64,000 bases of DNA from Octopus sinensis (GCF_006345805.1 NC_042998.1:930001-994000); one strand, 5' to 3'; numbered from the stretch's first letter, positions 47,267 through 61,620 are shown. Notes: generated by a model from the letters alone, not told the origin. Made by a program: numbers and translations.

Positions 47267-50258
47267 ATGGACACCGCCGGCAACAACGTACACCTCACCT
47301 CGATACTCCTACTGAACATCAGAGGACTGCAAACACTCAGTAACAGGACAAAGATCCCGTTCCTGAGAGACTTTGTTGCATGCAATCAAACCTTATGCAT
47401 AGCACTTACAGAAACGCACCTGAAACCGGACATAGCAGATGCGGAGTTACACATACCACAGTATGCTGTACTACGGACCGACAGGAAAGAAAGGAGTCAT
47501 GGAGGTGTTGCTATGTACATCCGTGAGGACCTCACACCCCAGGTCCTCTTGTCATACTCAAACTCGGTGTGTGACACACTAATTGTACATATTAGGCAAC
47601 TTGATGTAGTTGGTGTGCTACATATCGCCCTCCAGATGCCCCAAGCCATGTGGGCAAGTTTGAAGACTGCCTTATAAAAATAGAAGAAATTCTAACCACA
47701 TTAGAACAACACATAGGTGTGCTTCTTATGGGAGACTTCAATCTGCCCAATGTCAGATGGCCCGAGGGCCTTTCTCTCCCAGGAATGACAAGATGTGAAC
47801 GAGGACAGGCGAGGTCCCTCCTGAACCTCATCAACACCCTGTACATGGAGCAGGTAATACTCCAACCAACCAGGGCAGGTAACACACTGGATCTCTGCTT
47901 CACAAATGACATGGATCTCATCCATAATGTGAAAGTGACACCGACACTACTCTCGGATCACAACATGATAGAGCTGACCATGTACGGGCCAAAAGAGAGC
48001 ACGGACATGCAGCCTACAAGAAACCCTCAAAATCTTTCCAGCTTGAACTACCATAAGGCAAACTGGAAACAAATTGAGAAAGAGATCCTCAAACAAAACT
48101 GGCCTAAATGTCTCTCCTCGCCAGACATCGACGTGAAACTTCAACAATTCATGTCTGTAATGCAAGCCATATGCTACAAATGTGTCCCAGAGAGAAAGGC
48201 CACTGTACACAAGAACAAAATCCCCAGAGAGAGGAAAATTTTAATGAGACGGCGTACGAAATTTTCAAATCGCCTAAACAAACAGATTGAAAGCAGTGAA
48301 AAGTCCCGCCTAAAAATAAAACTGTTGGAAATCGAAAAATGTCTGCAACTCTCCCATGAAAAAGAAAGAGCAGACAAAGAAGCTGGGCTATAGAAAACAT
48401 AAAATCTAACCCCAGAGCTTTCTACAGGTATGCCAAAGAAACAGCTACAGTGCACTGTAGAATAGGGCCACTCCTCGAAAAGGATGGCACACTTACAGGA
48501 AAACCAATGAGGGTAAGTGAAATACTGAATGAGCAATTCAAGAGTGTTTTCACTCCACCCCTTGGGCATCTCCAAATCACCAATCCAACTGACTTTTTTA
48601 CCACTGCAGATATAAAATTAGAGGCGGCGGCGATAGATTACATCGATATAAAGGAAGACGATGTAACCAAGGCTATAGATGAAATGAAAACAGACTCAGC
48701 TACTGGCCCCGATGGATTCCCGGCAATCCTCCTAAAAGCATGTAAGAGAGTCCTAGCAAGACCACTGCAGTTCCTCTTTCAGAGCTTCCTTGCAGCTGGC
48801 AAACTTCCAGGAAAACTGAAGGAAGGTAAAATATGCCCCATTCATAAAGGAGGTAGCAGAGCGGAAGCCAAGAACTATAGACCTATCTCTCTGACCTCAC
48901 ACATCAGCAAGGTCATGGAACGAATAGTCAGAAGGAAGCTGATCACCTTCCTTGAAGAGAATGACTTGCTGCCCGACACCAACATGGTTTCCGACCAGGG
49001 AGAAGCTGTTTAACTCAGCTCCTACAACACTATGACTGGGTGCTGAAACGGGTGCTCAACCACTCAAATGTGGAAGTGATATATCTCGACTTTGCAAAGG
49101 CCTTTGATAAAGTCGATCATGGAATGATATGTCACAAACTGCGTGATCTTGGCATAGTAGGAAAACTGGGAGAATGGCTTCATGACTTTCTGAAGGATAG
49201 AAGTCAGGTGGTAGTAGCCAATGGGGCCACCTCCATAACACACAAATAGTGAGCGGTGTTCCGCAGGGCACTGTTCTGGGACCACTAATGTTCATAATGG
49301 CCCTCTCAGACATGCCTCAGCCACGCAGAGAGCCACGATCACAAGTTATGCAGATGATACAAAAGTTTCACAGGCAATACAGAACCCTGAGGACACTAAA
49401 CACCTGCAATGTGAGCTGGACGAAATATACAAGTGGGCTGAAAAGAATAGCATGCAGTTCAATGCTGGAAAGTTTCAAGCTTTATACTAACAGCATGCAA
49501 AACTGAATGCAATACCCAATGAATACAATGGACCCGGAGGGATTGCAATCCCAGAGGCACAATCAGTGCGTGACCTGGGTATTCACATGAGTGATGACGC
49601 GACCTTTCATGTACATGTTGCTAAACTGACAATGAAATGTAGACGGCTGGCTGGATGGATTCTTAGAACCTTTAGAACAAGAGAACAAGAAACCATGATG
49701 GTCCTCTGGAAGACACTTGTCCTAAGCCACTTTGACTATTGCTCTCAGCTATGGTCACCATCCAGTGTCAAGTTGATCACAGAACTTGAGGCGATCCAAC
49801 GAAGCTACACAAAGAAGATAGCCTCTATGCAGAATGTAAGCTACTGGGAAAGACTCAAGAGATTAAAATTATATTCCCTGGAGCGTAGGCGGGAAAGATA
49901 TGCCATAATATACATCTGGAAGATCCTGGAGGGAAGTGTCCTGAACTTTGGCATCGAGAGTTACGCAAATGCCAGAACTGGGCGCCACTGCGTGGTGCCT
50001 AGGACTCCAAACCTGCCATCAAGATGTAGGACAAGATACTGTGATAGCCTGGGCTTCCGAGGCCCACAGCTCTTCAATATCCTCCCGAAGAACCTGAGAG
50101 ACCTGCATGGGATGGATACAGATGTCTTTAAAATAAAGCTGGATCTCTTCCTGTCAGGTGTCCCAGATGAACCAACTTCACGGCAGGAGGGGCAGATGAG
50201 GGCAGGTGCATCGAACTCTCTCATGCACCAAATAGCAGCTGCTAGAAAGCCTCCATGA
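47267..50258 (+). pseudogene. LINE ORF2 (APE endonuclease + reverse transcriptase), disrupted
   Basis: LLNIRGL, ALTETHL, RTDR..GGV, MGDFNLP, GNTLDL, LSDHNMI; TGPDG, NYRPISLTS, YLDFAKAFDKVDH, SGVPQGTVLGP, YADD; LYSLERRRER. Several 1-bp frameshifts and a TAA near 49490. Confidence 0.92.
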
Positions 50259-50350
50259 AGTGAAACCAAGTCGCAACACCAAATGGCGGTGCCCCAGCAT
50301 GGCCACAGCTCATAAGCTGAAACTAGAATCAATCAATCAATCAATCAATC

Positions 50351-50688
<338 letters not shown>

Positions 50689-51061
50689 TAGATAGATAAA
50701 CAGGCAAATAGATAGGTAGATACAAGAGGATGTAGTCGATTATTCCAACCATTTGCACAAAATCTATCTTTTACTACATCAACATCTCTTCCAAACGAAC
50801 AATGGATTGTTTTCACTTTGTTACGCGACCTTCTCCAAATAGCAACAAAATTTCTTTCATATGATAAGTCTCCTGTATTAAAAATACGAATGAAGATCAC
50901 TTTGGATAATGTAGTCTAAGGAACCGGTACAGAGAGGACAACACCTTCTTTCTGCAAGCATCGCTTCAACCAGCACCACCGCTCTCATCATCTCTGTCTC
51001 TTGACATTATTACCAACATTACGATGATACTTTGTTTATTTCGTTTCCCTTTTATAAATAA

Positions 51062-51452
51062 CTAGCAGTATCGCCCGGCGTTGCTCCGGTTTGTTTCGAC
51101 CCTTTAGAATTGGAATTTTTGAAAAGTAAAAATTTTTTATTATGTAGCTTGTTATTCTCTTTAAGTGAACATTTTTCTGGTTGAAATACACCGAAAAATG
51201 AAGACACAGCAGTAAAAAAATTGTAAAAAAATAGGGATTTTCATAGAAAAAAAGCACCATTTTGATGTAAATAACTTTTGGTGTTAACATAGTCCGATTT
51301 GAATTTTTTCTTCTACGGAAGGAAGAGCAAGCCTTCTTCTATCATACTCTCAAGTTTGGTCAACTTGCGCCGCAGGGTCTCGGAGGAGATAGTGTTAGTT
51401 GAAGGCTACCAAACCTGCCACACACAGACAACTTCAGCTTTATATATATAGA
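51062..51452 (-). mobile_element. Complete non-autonomous Helitron
   Basis: Minus strand A|TCTATATATATAAAG...CCGGAGCAACGCCGGGCGATACTG-CTAG|T, i.e. 5' TC, 3' hairpin + CTAG, A-T target. Confidence 0.88.
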
Positions 51453-51939
51453 TTATTATTATTGATGATTTCTAACAGAATGAAAACGTGTCTAACACAG
51501 AAATATTAATAACAACACGAACAATCATCATCTTCTTCCTCACCCTAGTCATCGTCGTCGTCATAATCGAGTACAAAAGCCACAACATTTTTCTGAGTAC
51601 AATAATCGTATCAATTCACATGAAACGAATACTACTCATTTATTTTACAACATTTTATCTTTCTCCGTCATTAACTGGTACATTCACGGGATAAAACAAG
51701 CGAAAATGTTCAATTTTCAGTTGAATAATTCGTCAGTGGTTATCTTTCTCTGCCTGCATTGAAACACAACTGATAAATAAACTTAAAATGGTGGTGAATC
51801 ATTAAGACTTATTATCAAAGAGCTCACTGAAACGTCTTTTTGTGTTATGTACATATATATACATATATATACACATATATATACACATATATGTTCACAT
51901 ACAATATATATATATAATTATATATATATATATAACATA

Positions 51940-51972
<33 letters not shown>

Positions 51973-51978
51973 CTATAC

Positions 51979-52010
<32 letters not shown>

Positions 52011-52030
52011 TATATATATATATATAATAC

Positions 52031-52139
<109 letters not shown>

Positions 52140-52507
52140 GTATAGATAAACAGGCAAATAGATAGGTAGATACAGAGGATGTAGTCGATTATTCAACCAT
52201 TTGCACAAAATCTATCTTTTACTACATCAACATCTCTTCCAAACGAACAATGGATTGTTTTCACTTTGTTACGCGACCTTCTCCAATAGCAACAAAATTT
52301 CTTTCATATGATAAGTCTCCTGTATTAAAAATACGAATGAAGATCACTTTGGATAATGTAGTCTAAGGAACCGGTACAGAGAGGACAACACCTTCTTTCT
52401 GCAAGCATCGCTTCAACAGCACCACCGCTCTCATCATCTCTGTCTCTTGACATTATTACCAACATTACGATGATACTTTGTTTATTTCGTTTCCCTTTTA
52501 TAAATAA

Positions 52508-52898
52508 CTAGCAGTATCGCCCGGCGTTGCTCCGGTTTGTTTCGACCCTTTAGAATTGGAATTTTTGAAAAGTAAAAATTTTTTATTATGTAGCTTGTTA
52601 TTCTCTTTAAGTGAACATTTTTCTGGTTGAAATACACCGAAAAATGAAGACACAGCAGTAAAAAAATTGTAAAAAAATAGGGATTTTCATAGAAAAAAAG
52701 CACCATTTTGATGTAAATAACTTTTGGTGTTAACATAGTCCGATTTGAATTTTTTCTTCTACGGAAGGAAGAGCAAGCCTTCTTCTATCATACTCTCAAG
52801 TTTGGTCAACTTGCGCCGCAGGGTCTCGGAGGAGATAGTGTTAGTTGAAGGCTACCAAACCTGCCACACACAGACAACTTCAGCTTTATATATATAGA
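52508..52898 (-). mobile_element. Second copy of the Helitron (within the duplication)
   Basis: Same ends, offset 1446. Confidence 0.88.
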
Positions 52899-53802
52899 TT
52901 ATTATTATTGATGATTTCTAACAGAATGAAAACGTGTCTAACACAGAAATATTAATAACAACACGAACAATCATCATCTTCTTCCTCACCCTAGTCATCG
53001 TCGTCGTCATAATCGAGTACAAAAGCCACAACATTTTTCTGAGTACAATAATCGTATCAATTCACATGAAACGAATACTACTCATTTATTTTACAACATT
53101 TTATCTTTCTCCGTCATTAACTGGTACATTCACGGGATAAAACAAGCGAAAATGTTCAATTTTCAGTTGAATAATTCGTCAGTGGTTATCTTTCTCTGCC
53201 TGCATTGAAACACAACTGATAAATAAACTTAAAATGGTGGTGAATCATTAAGACTTATTATCAAAGAGCTCACTGAAACGTCTTTTTGTGTTATGTACAT
53301 ATATATACATATATATACACATATATATACACATATATGTTCACATACATATATATATATATGTATATACATGTATGTATATATTCTTTAACAATATGTA
53401 TCAATGGTCGATCTAGATTACTCATGGCTTTTCACCTTCTCTTACATATTACGCTTCATTTTGTACAAGATTTCACTATGTTACTGAATCTTCAATTACA
53501 ATTGTTTCCATGTGAATTCTTTGAATGCAATAAATAAACTTGCATTTCATTCATCCACCGTCTTTTTTCCGTTTTCCTACCAAACAGTAAATTTGTTCAT
53601 CTTTTGCTTTTTATTATTTCTTCTTTCTTTCCGTGCAAATCTAATCGGAAATAATTACTGCGCTGCAACATAGTAATATTTTCGTACACATCCTTTACTT
53701 ACTCTCACACGCACACACATAAACATGTGTGTGTGTGTGTAATGAAACTAAACATATTTCACCAAGTACTTCAGTTATCAAATCACGTACGTATTATAGT
53801 TA

Positions 53803-54037
53803 TGGTGGTTAGGGTGTCAGCATCATGATCGTAAGATTGTGATTTCGATTCCTGGACCGGACGACGCGTTGTGTTCTTGAGCAAAACACTTCATTTCACT
53901 TTGCTCCAGTCCACTCAGCTGGCAAAAATGAGTAACGCTGCGATGGACTGGCGTTCCGTGTAGCTGGGGAACACATACGCCATAGAAACAGGGAAACTGG
54001 GCCCATGAGCATGGCTAGGCTTTAAAAGGGCGCATTT
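53803..54037 (+). mobile_element. SINE head H2 + tail T2
   Basis: TGGTGGTTAGGG..TTTCGATTCC head, GTGTTCTTGAGCAAAACAC block, tail GAGTAACGCTGCGATGG..CTAGGCTTTAAAAGGGCGC. Confidence 0.85.
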
Positions 54038-54384
54038 ATTTCTTTATTATTTATTATAGTTATGAGCAATGGTTTCTTTATACTCGTATGAAATTTCGAT
54101 AGCAAACCATTAGCACCTCCTTCATATCACTTCAAGAATACATTTTTACGGTTTTATATTTTGTCAAAACTATTTTATGGAACAATAAATCGCCTATGTT
54201 TTTGTTTTAGAAACTATGATCAATATCGATTATTATTTAACAGCGTTACCATGTTGAATAGAATGTCTTCTACCGACTTTCTATGTTCTGAGTTCGAATT
54301 CTGCAGAGGTCAATTTTACGTTTCATCTTTTTTTTTTACTGTGTCCAATAAAGGTGCATGTATGGTTGTGTGATTAAGTGCCTC

Positions 54385-54670
54385 CTCTTGCAGCCAGGTA
54401 GTTTGGGGCTCGTCCCACTGCGTGGCATCTTAAGCAAGTTTTTCTACTACAGCCCCGGGCACACTAATACAATGTAAGTGGATTTAGTTGATCGAAACTG
54501 TGAAGCCCATATTGTAAATGTGTACTTTTGCGTTTGTCGTTTTTCTCCATAAATGCTGGACAACCGGAGTTGGTTTGTTTACGACTAAGTAACTGGTATG
54601 AACATGTTCGACTAAATGCTTCGAGTCAGTGCCCTAACATGGCTGTAGTCCAATGAGAGAACCAAGTAAC
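54385..54670 (+). mobile_element. Degenerate S2 SINE
   Basis: CCCACTGCGTGGC..TTCTACTACAGCC and GACAACCG..GTTCGACTAAA blocks. Confidence 0.55.
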
Positions 54671-55136
54671 AAAGAAAAAGAGCCGTAGATTGGCAGGACC
54701 GATAGAGCATCGGATAAGATGAGATTGGTGTCAAGCTACATCGATCTCCGTTGACCGTTTTTCTTGGAAATAATCGATGAAATGGAGCGGGAAAATTTGC
54801 ATGCATCGGCAGCTGGTAGCCTTCCTCAAAACAAACTTTACTCAGGTCTGTGCTTCTGGAGGCGAATGGATTTGGGTTAGGGTATTGGAATGACGATCGT
54901 AAGAACCGAGTGATGCGTTGCGTTCAGAAGCAAAACACTTCGTTTCAAGTTGCTCCACTGAGTAATCTTGCGATGGACCTGTATCCCGTCCAAGGAGAAA
55001 ATGTAGGCACCACGTAAACGGCGAAACTAGCCTTATGAGTCTGTATGGGTTGAGAAGGATAATGTCTGTGCTTGCAGGTGCTGGCGGCCCTCATTTTAAT
55101 TGCTGTATTATTAGAATCTTTTGCTCCTAAAATATA

Positions 55137-56004
55137 CAGAGTGCGGTGAATATAGTGTGGTCTAAGTTGTACAAAAATGAAAATAACACTGACATCTCAT
55201 TTTATCAGATATATTTACCAAAATTACATAAAAATATCTTGAAATACTAAAGAGTAAATTTATTCAATAAAATCGCCACTGGCTTCCAGGTGACTTTGGA
55301 ATCTCCTGCAACTCTTCTGGATGGTCTCTTTGCTTAAGTTGGTGAATGCTGCCATAATCCTTGCCTTCAGTTCATCTTTGGTGTTACAAGGAGTTTTGTT
55401 GGTCTCTCGCTCAATTGTGCCCCACACACAATAACCAAGGGAGTTGCAGTCTGGGGAGTTAGGTGGTCAGATGTTAGAGGTGATGTAGTCGCAGAAATTG
55501 TCTGACAGCCATGACTGAGTTCTCCTGCTTGTGTAGAATGGTACAGAGTCCTGTTGCCAGACATGTCTTCCAGCAGCCACCCTCTTGACCCAGAGCAGCA
55601 CTACCTTTTCCAGGCGCTTGATGTAGGCCTCTGTGTTGAGACTGAGGCCGTGTGAAAAGATGAATGGAAGCATAGCGTCACCATCACTAGTGATCACTCC
55701 AAACACCATGAGGTTGACTGGATGTTTCAGTTTTATCACTCTCAGTACATGTTTTGGGGATACGGCAAGCTAACGGTTGTTCTGTGTGTTCACCATCTGT
55801 TCGTATTGTCCGGCGCGAATACCAAGCAGTACACAATGTCGTTTCCAAATTTCTGAATGAGTGAATTGCGCCATGGTACTGTTTTTCTTACAGACGGCGC
55901 CCAACTGACCCTACTATACAGTGTAGTCGACAAAATCAAAAGCAAATAATGTACATGCTCGAAATTAAAATATAAAATGATGACAATTTACCCATCGCAC
56001 CCTG
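55137..56004 (-). mobile_element. maT-type (DD37D) Tc1/mariner transposon, internally deleted fossil
   Basis: TA|CAG(A/G)GTGCG(G/A)TG ends with TA on both sides. Minus-strand LMVFGVITSDG..QQDSVPFYTS..(W>stop)PPNSPDCNSL(D>G)YCVWG; 37 residues separate the second and third catalytic positions. Confidence 0.85.
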
Positions 56005-56761
56005 TACATTCCATCTCGCTTTCTTTTGATCGTAAGTCTATAAGAAAGGCTCAAACTGGGCATAAACAACTACTACATCCTTTCTCCTGTCCCCTCCTCA
56101 TTTCTCTCTTTCTCTCTCTTTTAATCAGTTTTCTTCATTTGTAGCATTTCTTCGGAAGTTGATTTCACAGAAACAGCGGAACTAAATACCAAGCATGATA
56201 TTGTAGAAACAATGTAAAGGTGTTATGAAACAGTAGACTAATGAATTTCAATTTTCGGTTGCGTTTTCCTATGTTCCAAACAGTTGATTTCGACTTCCAC
56301 TTCTCTTGTATGGTTGACTTAAGAGTAATAAGATCGTTGTAATCAATGATATCCCTCCTGAAGCAACGTAGTCGCAAAAGCTGTGTGGATTGGTAAAGTT
56401 GTTAGTGTCAGATAGAATGTTCTGCGATATTTATTAAAGCTCTCTGAGTTCAATTCACACCGACGGTTCAACTTTTCACTTGTTCCTTTAAAATCAATAA
56501 ATTTGTCCGTCATTGACAAGACCGAGGAAAGTCGAAATCACGTGATCAGGTGGTCTCGGTGCTGGCGTTGGCAAACATTTATCTCACGACTAGCGATATA
56601 AACAAGAGTGTAATTGCCCCAAAAATCAATATGAGAGTTTCTCTCATCGTATCTACCGCAGTATAGGCTGTTCTAACAGAACATCCAAGTTTAAGTGGGG
56701 ATAAATATTACCACCTCGCTAATATTACTGTCTTTGTCGCTAATATATATTTTTCAATAAA

Positions 56762-57232
<471 letters not shown>

Positions 57233-57704
57233 TAATATGCCTGTCCCGCCTTTGGCAGGATCGTCAAAAGAGGAAACGAAATTCCTTGTGGTATCAGTGC
57301 TAGATCTTCTCATTCTGATTTCAAATATAGTGTTGTATCTCCGACCTTGCAGTAGCGAAAAATGGAGTCTTTAGGACCGGCGAACAATGATAGGAGTGTT
57401 CCGGAGATAAACGTTAATTGGATAAACATTCCGTTCAAATCAATAAACAAAAAAAAAAACGAGTTGACCTGCACTAAAGCAGGATAGACACTAAGACGAA
57501 CAACAAAATTCATCTAAAACTCTAGATTCTTTATGTTAGAGTTTCCGAAGTATAATTCCTCAGAACCCAAGAATTCTACAAGAGACCACTAATGGTTTCC
57601 TGGAAAATAACGATAAGGAGGCGAATTATGAGAAAATTTCAATTTTTGTAGTCTTTGTGTTTAATTCTATATTCGTAAATTTATTATTATTCACGCATGG
57701 CTAA

Positions 57705-57905
57705 ACCGGCCAGCAAGTAGAATCGCTAGCGCATCGTACAAAATATTTAACGACATTTCATCCATTCTTTATGTTCTGAGTTCAAATCCCACCGTGATCA
57801 AGTTTGTTTCTCGTCCTTTCGTTGTCAAACCATGAGCACTGAGGCCGATATAATCGACTTAACCCTCCATCTAAAATTGCTTGTCTTGTGCCGAAATTCA
57901 AAAGC
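57705..57905 (+). mobile_element. S1 SINE
   Basis: GAGTTCAAATCCC B-box and family tail. Confidence 0.75.
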
Positions 57906-58205
57906 CATTATACACCTCACCAACAACCTCACCAACAACAACACTGAACACCTTTTTGATCTCCATGTGTCTAACACACGTGGACATGCCTACAAAGTCA
58001 GAAAACAACACAGCTCCCATGACTTCAGAGTTGCTGAAGCATGGAATAAACTGCCTGCGTCAGTTGTTGACTGCCATGACACTGCATCCTTTAAGGCCCT
58101 CATGCTTTCCGAAATCCGCCGAAACTACACCTGATTATATATACACTTTAGATGAGTTGTAGTGCACCTGAGCACTGTACACAATTATTATTATTATTAT
58201 TATTA
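57906..58205 (+). mobile_element. 3' fragment of a second CR1-type LINE family with (ATT)n tail
   Basis: TRGHAYKVRKQHS..RVAEAWNKLPASVV...SFK matches the CR1 ORF2 C-terminal pattern. Confidence 0.8.
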
Positions 58206-58602
58206 TACTTGACATATCCTCCATGATAGGAAAATCCTGGCGATCATAAGTAGTAAGAAAACCCTGCAGATAAAAATGATCTCTTATCAGAAACTGTAGG
58301 GGAATTTGGTCTCAACGAGTTTTTAAATTCTTCTTTGTGGAGTGTGATGGATTTAGCGTTGCTAATCCATTCAAACACCCACTTGCATGATTTGTTTAAT
58401 TGCTTGAAATATTTAACTTTAACAGTAAAAAAAGAAAGAAAATAACAGAAATAGATTATCTGAGTCGGTTGAGATAGAGGATGTCGTTGAAGACTTCCCG
58501 AAGAGTAAAATCACTGGGATACGGAAGCTCTTTATAGTTGTTTGACTTTCAAAGTATAGCAGTCAAATTTCCTTACAATTTTCAAAATGGAAGCAACATA
58601 CT

Positions 58603-58795
58603 GCTTTCAAATTTTGGCACAAGGCCAGCAATTTCAAGGGAGAGTAAAAGTTGATTTAATTGGTACTTGCTTTAACGACTTCAAAAGGATGAAAGGCAAA
58701 GTTGACCTTGGAGAATTTAGAACGTAGAAATGGACGAAATGCCGCTAAGCATTTTGCCCAACCTGCTAACAACCCCGACAACTCACCGCCTTTAA
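58603..58795 (-). mobile_element. S1 SINE
   Basis: Reverse-complement family motifs AAAGGATGAAAGGCAAAGTTGACC. Confidence 0.75.
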
Positions 58796-59057
58796 ATGGA
58801 AGGAACATATTCAATAATGTGCTAAATTTGTAACATCGGGATAAAAATGTGATGGTTATGAGTGGAACCTATCTGACCATAGTTCTGTTTAGTCAAGACT
58901 GACCTGGAGCTAGTCAATAACATCATCAATAACATACTCACCCTTTTTACACATTATTATGTGAATGTAAAACAAGGTTAGCGTTATTTTATCACTTGTA
59001 GTATAAACAAAAACGTCGCCTTTGGACGTACATTACGCACACTCTAAGTAATAATAG

Positions 59058-59703
59058 TTTCCAGTTTTAGCACAAGGCCAGCAATTTTGAGGGGCAATGG
59101 TAATTCGATTACACCGATCTCAGTGCTCAACCGCTACTTATTTTATCGAAAAGATTAAAGGCAAAATCGATCTCAACGGAATTTGAACACAGAACGTAAA
59201 GCCGGAAGAAATTCCACCAAGAACTTAGAGGCGCTGGCGCCTTCACTCTCGAAGTGATAATATTCACTTATCCTTTGCAGAATCGTTTAAAACGCCGGGC
59301 AAAACGTTTATCAGCATTTCGTCCGTCTTTTTGTTCTGAGTTCAAATTCAGCCAAGGTCAAAATTTTGCCTTTCATCCTTCCGTGGTAGATAAAATAAAT
59401 ACCAAGAGAGCGCTGGAGTCGATGTAATCGACTAATATTCTCCTTCGAAATTACTGGCCTTGTGTAAAAATTTGAAGTCAATTTTCATATATCCTTTTGC
59501 GGAATCGCTAAAACGCCGAGCAAAATGTTTAGCGGCATTTCATCAGTCTTTGCGTTCTGAGTTCAAATTCTATTGAAGTCGACTTCGCCTTTTATCTTTT
59601 CGGGGTGGATAAAATAAGTACCAGTTGAGTGCTGGGGGTCGATATAATTGACTTATCCTCTCCTCCGAAATTGCTGGCCTTGCGCCAAAATCTGAAATCA
59701 ATA
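59058..59703. mobile_element. Cluster of three S1 SINEs (59058-59240 minus; 59275-59485 and 59495-59703 plus)
   Basis: Family motifs in both orientations. Confidence 0.8.
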
Positions 59704-60675
59704 TTTATACATCTATACATTTCACCACAAACATTCCTTCAGCTACATCGTCAACGTCTTCCTAAACATTTACTTCAATCTTACGGCTTTGCTTCCACCC
59801 CGTCGGCATCATCATCATCGTCATCATCATCATCATGATCTTTTCATCACGACTGTCTGTTAATTTAATAACCTGTTCTCACTCTACTCTCTTTTGTAAC
59901 TACGTTTCAATTACTCCTCACCTCTCCTTCTCCTCCTCCTCCTCCTCCTCCTCAACAAGACGTTCATTCATTATTTTACATTATTCATTTACTAAGAACT
60001 CACTCAGTATTTCCTTCCCAATAATTATTTGGTTTTCCTTTTCTTTTTTTGTCTCTCTTCTTCGTTGGGAAGAAGAAAGACGAAAACGAAAAATAAGGAG
60101 CAAGGAAGGAGAAGAGGTGTCGGGGGAGGAGACTCAAGTATTTAGTAGTAGCAGTTGTGGTGGTGGTGGTCGAAATGGTAGTGGTGGTGGTAGTGGTGGT
60201 AGTAGTAGTAGTATTTTACTATTTATGCCGATTGTCTGTCTGTGGCAGCTTGTAAGTGGAATTTCCGGTTGGATTCTCAAGTGTTCCCTACCATAATTTT
60301 ATTTACCTTTCCTATAGCTTTAGTTGTTGTTGCTGTTGTCTTTTTTCCTTTTTTTTTTCTTCTTGTTTTTGCTATGTTTCCTGTATAGGACCCTGTGCCC
60401 CATCTGTGTAGTATGTGCATGTGCGGATACGTGCAAATGTGTATGTAAGCGCCTATAGCAAATATGCATGCGTCAGTGTGTGTGTGTGTGTGTGCATAAC
60501 TCAACTCTGTCTCTTCCTTGTGTTCTTTCTTGTTGTCCGTGTGTGTTCCTCCAGGAAAATGATTTCAAGTAGAAAAGCTATTTAATGCGTGCGTCTATCA
60601 TATTCTCTCTTAATTAAAAACATCTTCGTCATTTTTGGCTATCTGTGGTTTATGTAGTGGTTTTATAATTGCGAT

Positions 60676-60736
<61 letters not shown>

Positions 60737-61025
60737 AGTTGGCCGAGAAGGTGGAACATGGAGAAAGAGGGAAAAACTGACATACAACAACAATAATAAT
60801 AATTATTATGATACTGACGCTGATGTTGATCACAAACTGATGATGATTATAATGATGATGATGATGATAATGGTGTGGTGGTGATGATGATGATGATGAT
60901 GATTACGAAGATGAAAATGCTGAAGCTGATGATATTGATTAATCAAATATGTTTGAAAGCGCGCAGACAGGTAGAGTTAGCATAATTAAAACTATAATCA
61001 AAAATAACAAGATTACTACTACTAC

Positions 61026-61059
<34 letters not shown>

Positions 61060-61440
61060 TGCATATGAGTGTGTGTGTGTGTGTGTATGGTTGTTAGTCA
61101 GATCAGGACGGACAGAGCTGATATACTCTTCACATCCCTGCGCCCACCACAGGACTAATGAATCGATTTGAGTTTTCCGGTGGGTCATCAACTGGTCAAG
61201 GCTGAAGCCTTTTCTTGTCCTGAAGGTGACGCAGAGACTTTGGAATGCAAATTCGGCAATGTTCAGAGTCCCTAACTGCAAGACTATGTCGGCAGCAGAC
61301 ATGCAACAGAGAAGGCATTCCCAAATGGTTGCTATACTGGAATCGCTCGATTGGGTATGATGTTTATTTCGTTCACGGAGTCTTCGTGAAGTGCGAAATG
61401 AAAGGAGTAAGAAAATGAGAAGAATCGGGTGGCGGAATAT

Positions 61441-61584
61441 TAGGCGCAGGCGTAGCTGTGTGGTAAGAGGTTTGCGTCCCAACCACTTAGTTCTCGGTTC
61501 AGTTCCACTGCGTGGCACTTGTCTGCTATAGCCACGGGTCGACCGAAGTGGATTTGGTTGACAGAAACTGAAAGAAGCTCGTTG

Positions 61585-61620
<36 letters not shown>

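Larger units (their letters stand above)
45125..50350 (+). mobile_element. Near full-length CR1-clade LINE
   Basis: ORF1, APE-RT ORF2, short 3' UTR and (AATC)n tail at 50327-50350; the 5' boundary is approximate. Confidence 0.88.

Noticed and set aside
46480-50332. Minus-strand ORFs over the CR1 element
   Set aside because: Antisense shadows of ORF1/ORF2 with no motifs of their own.
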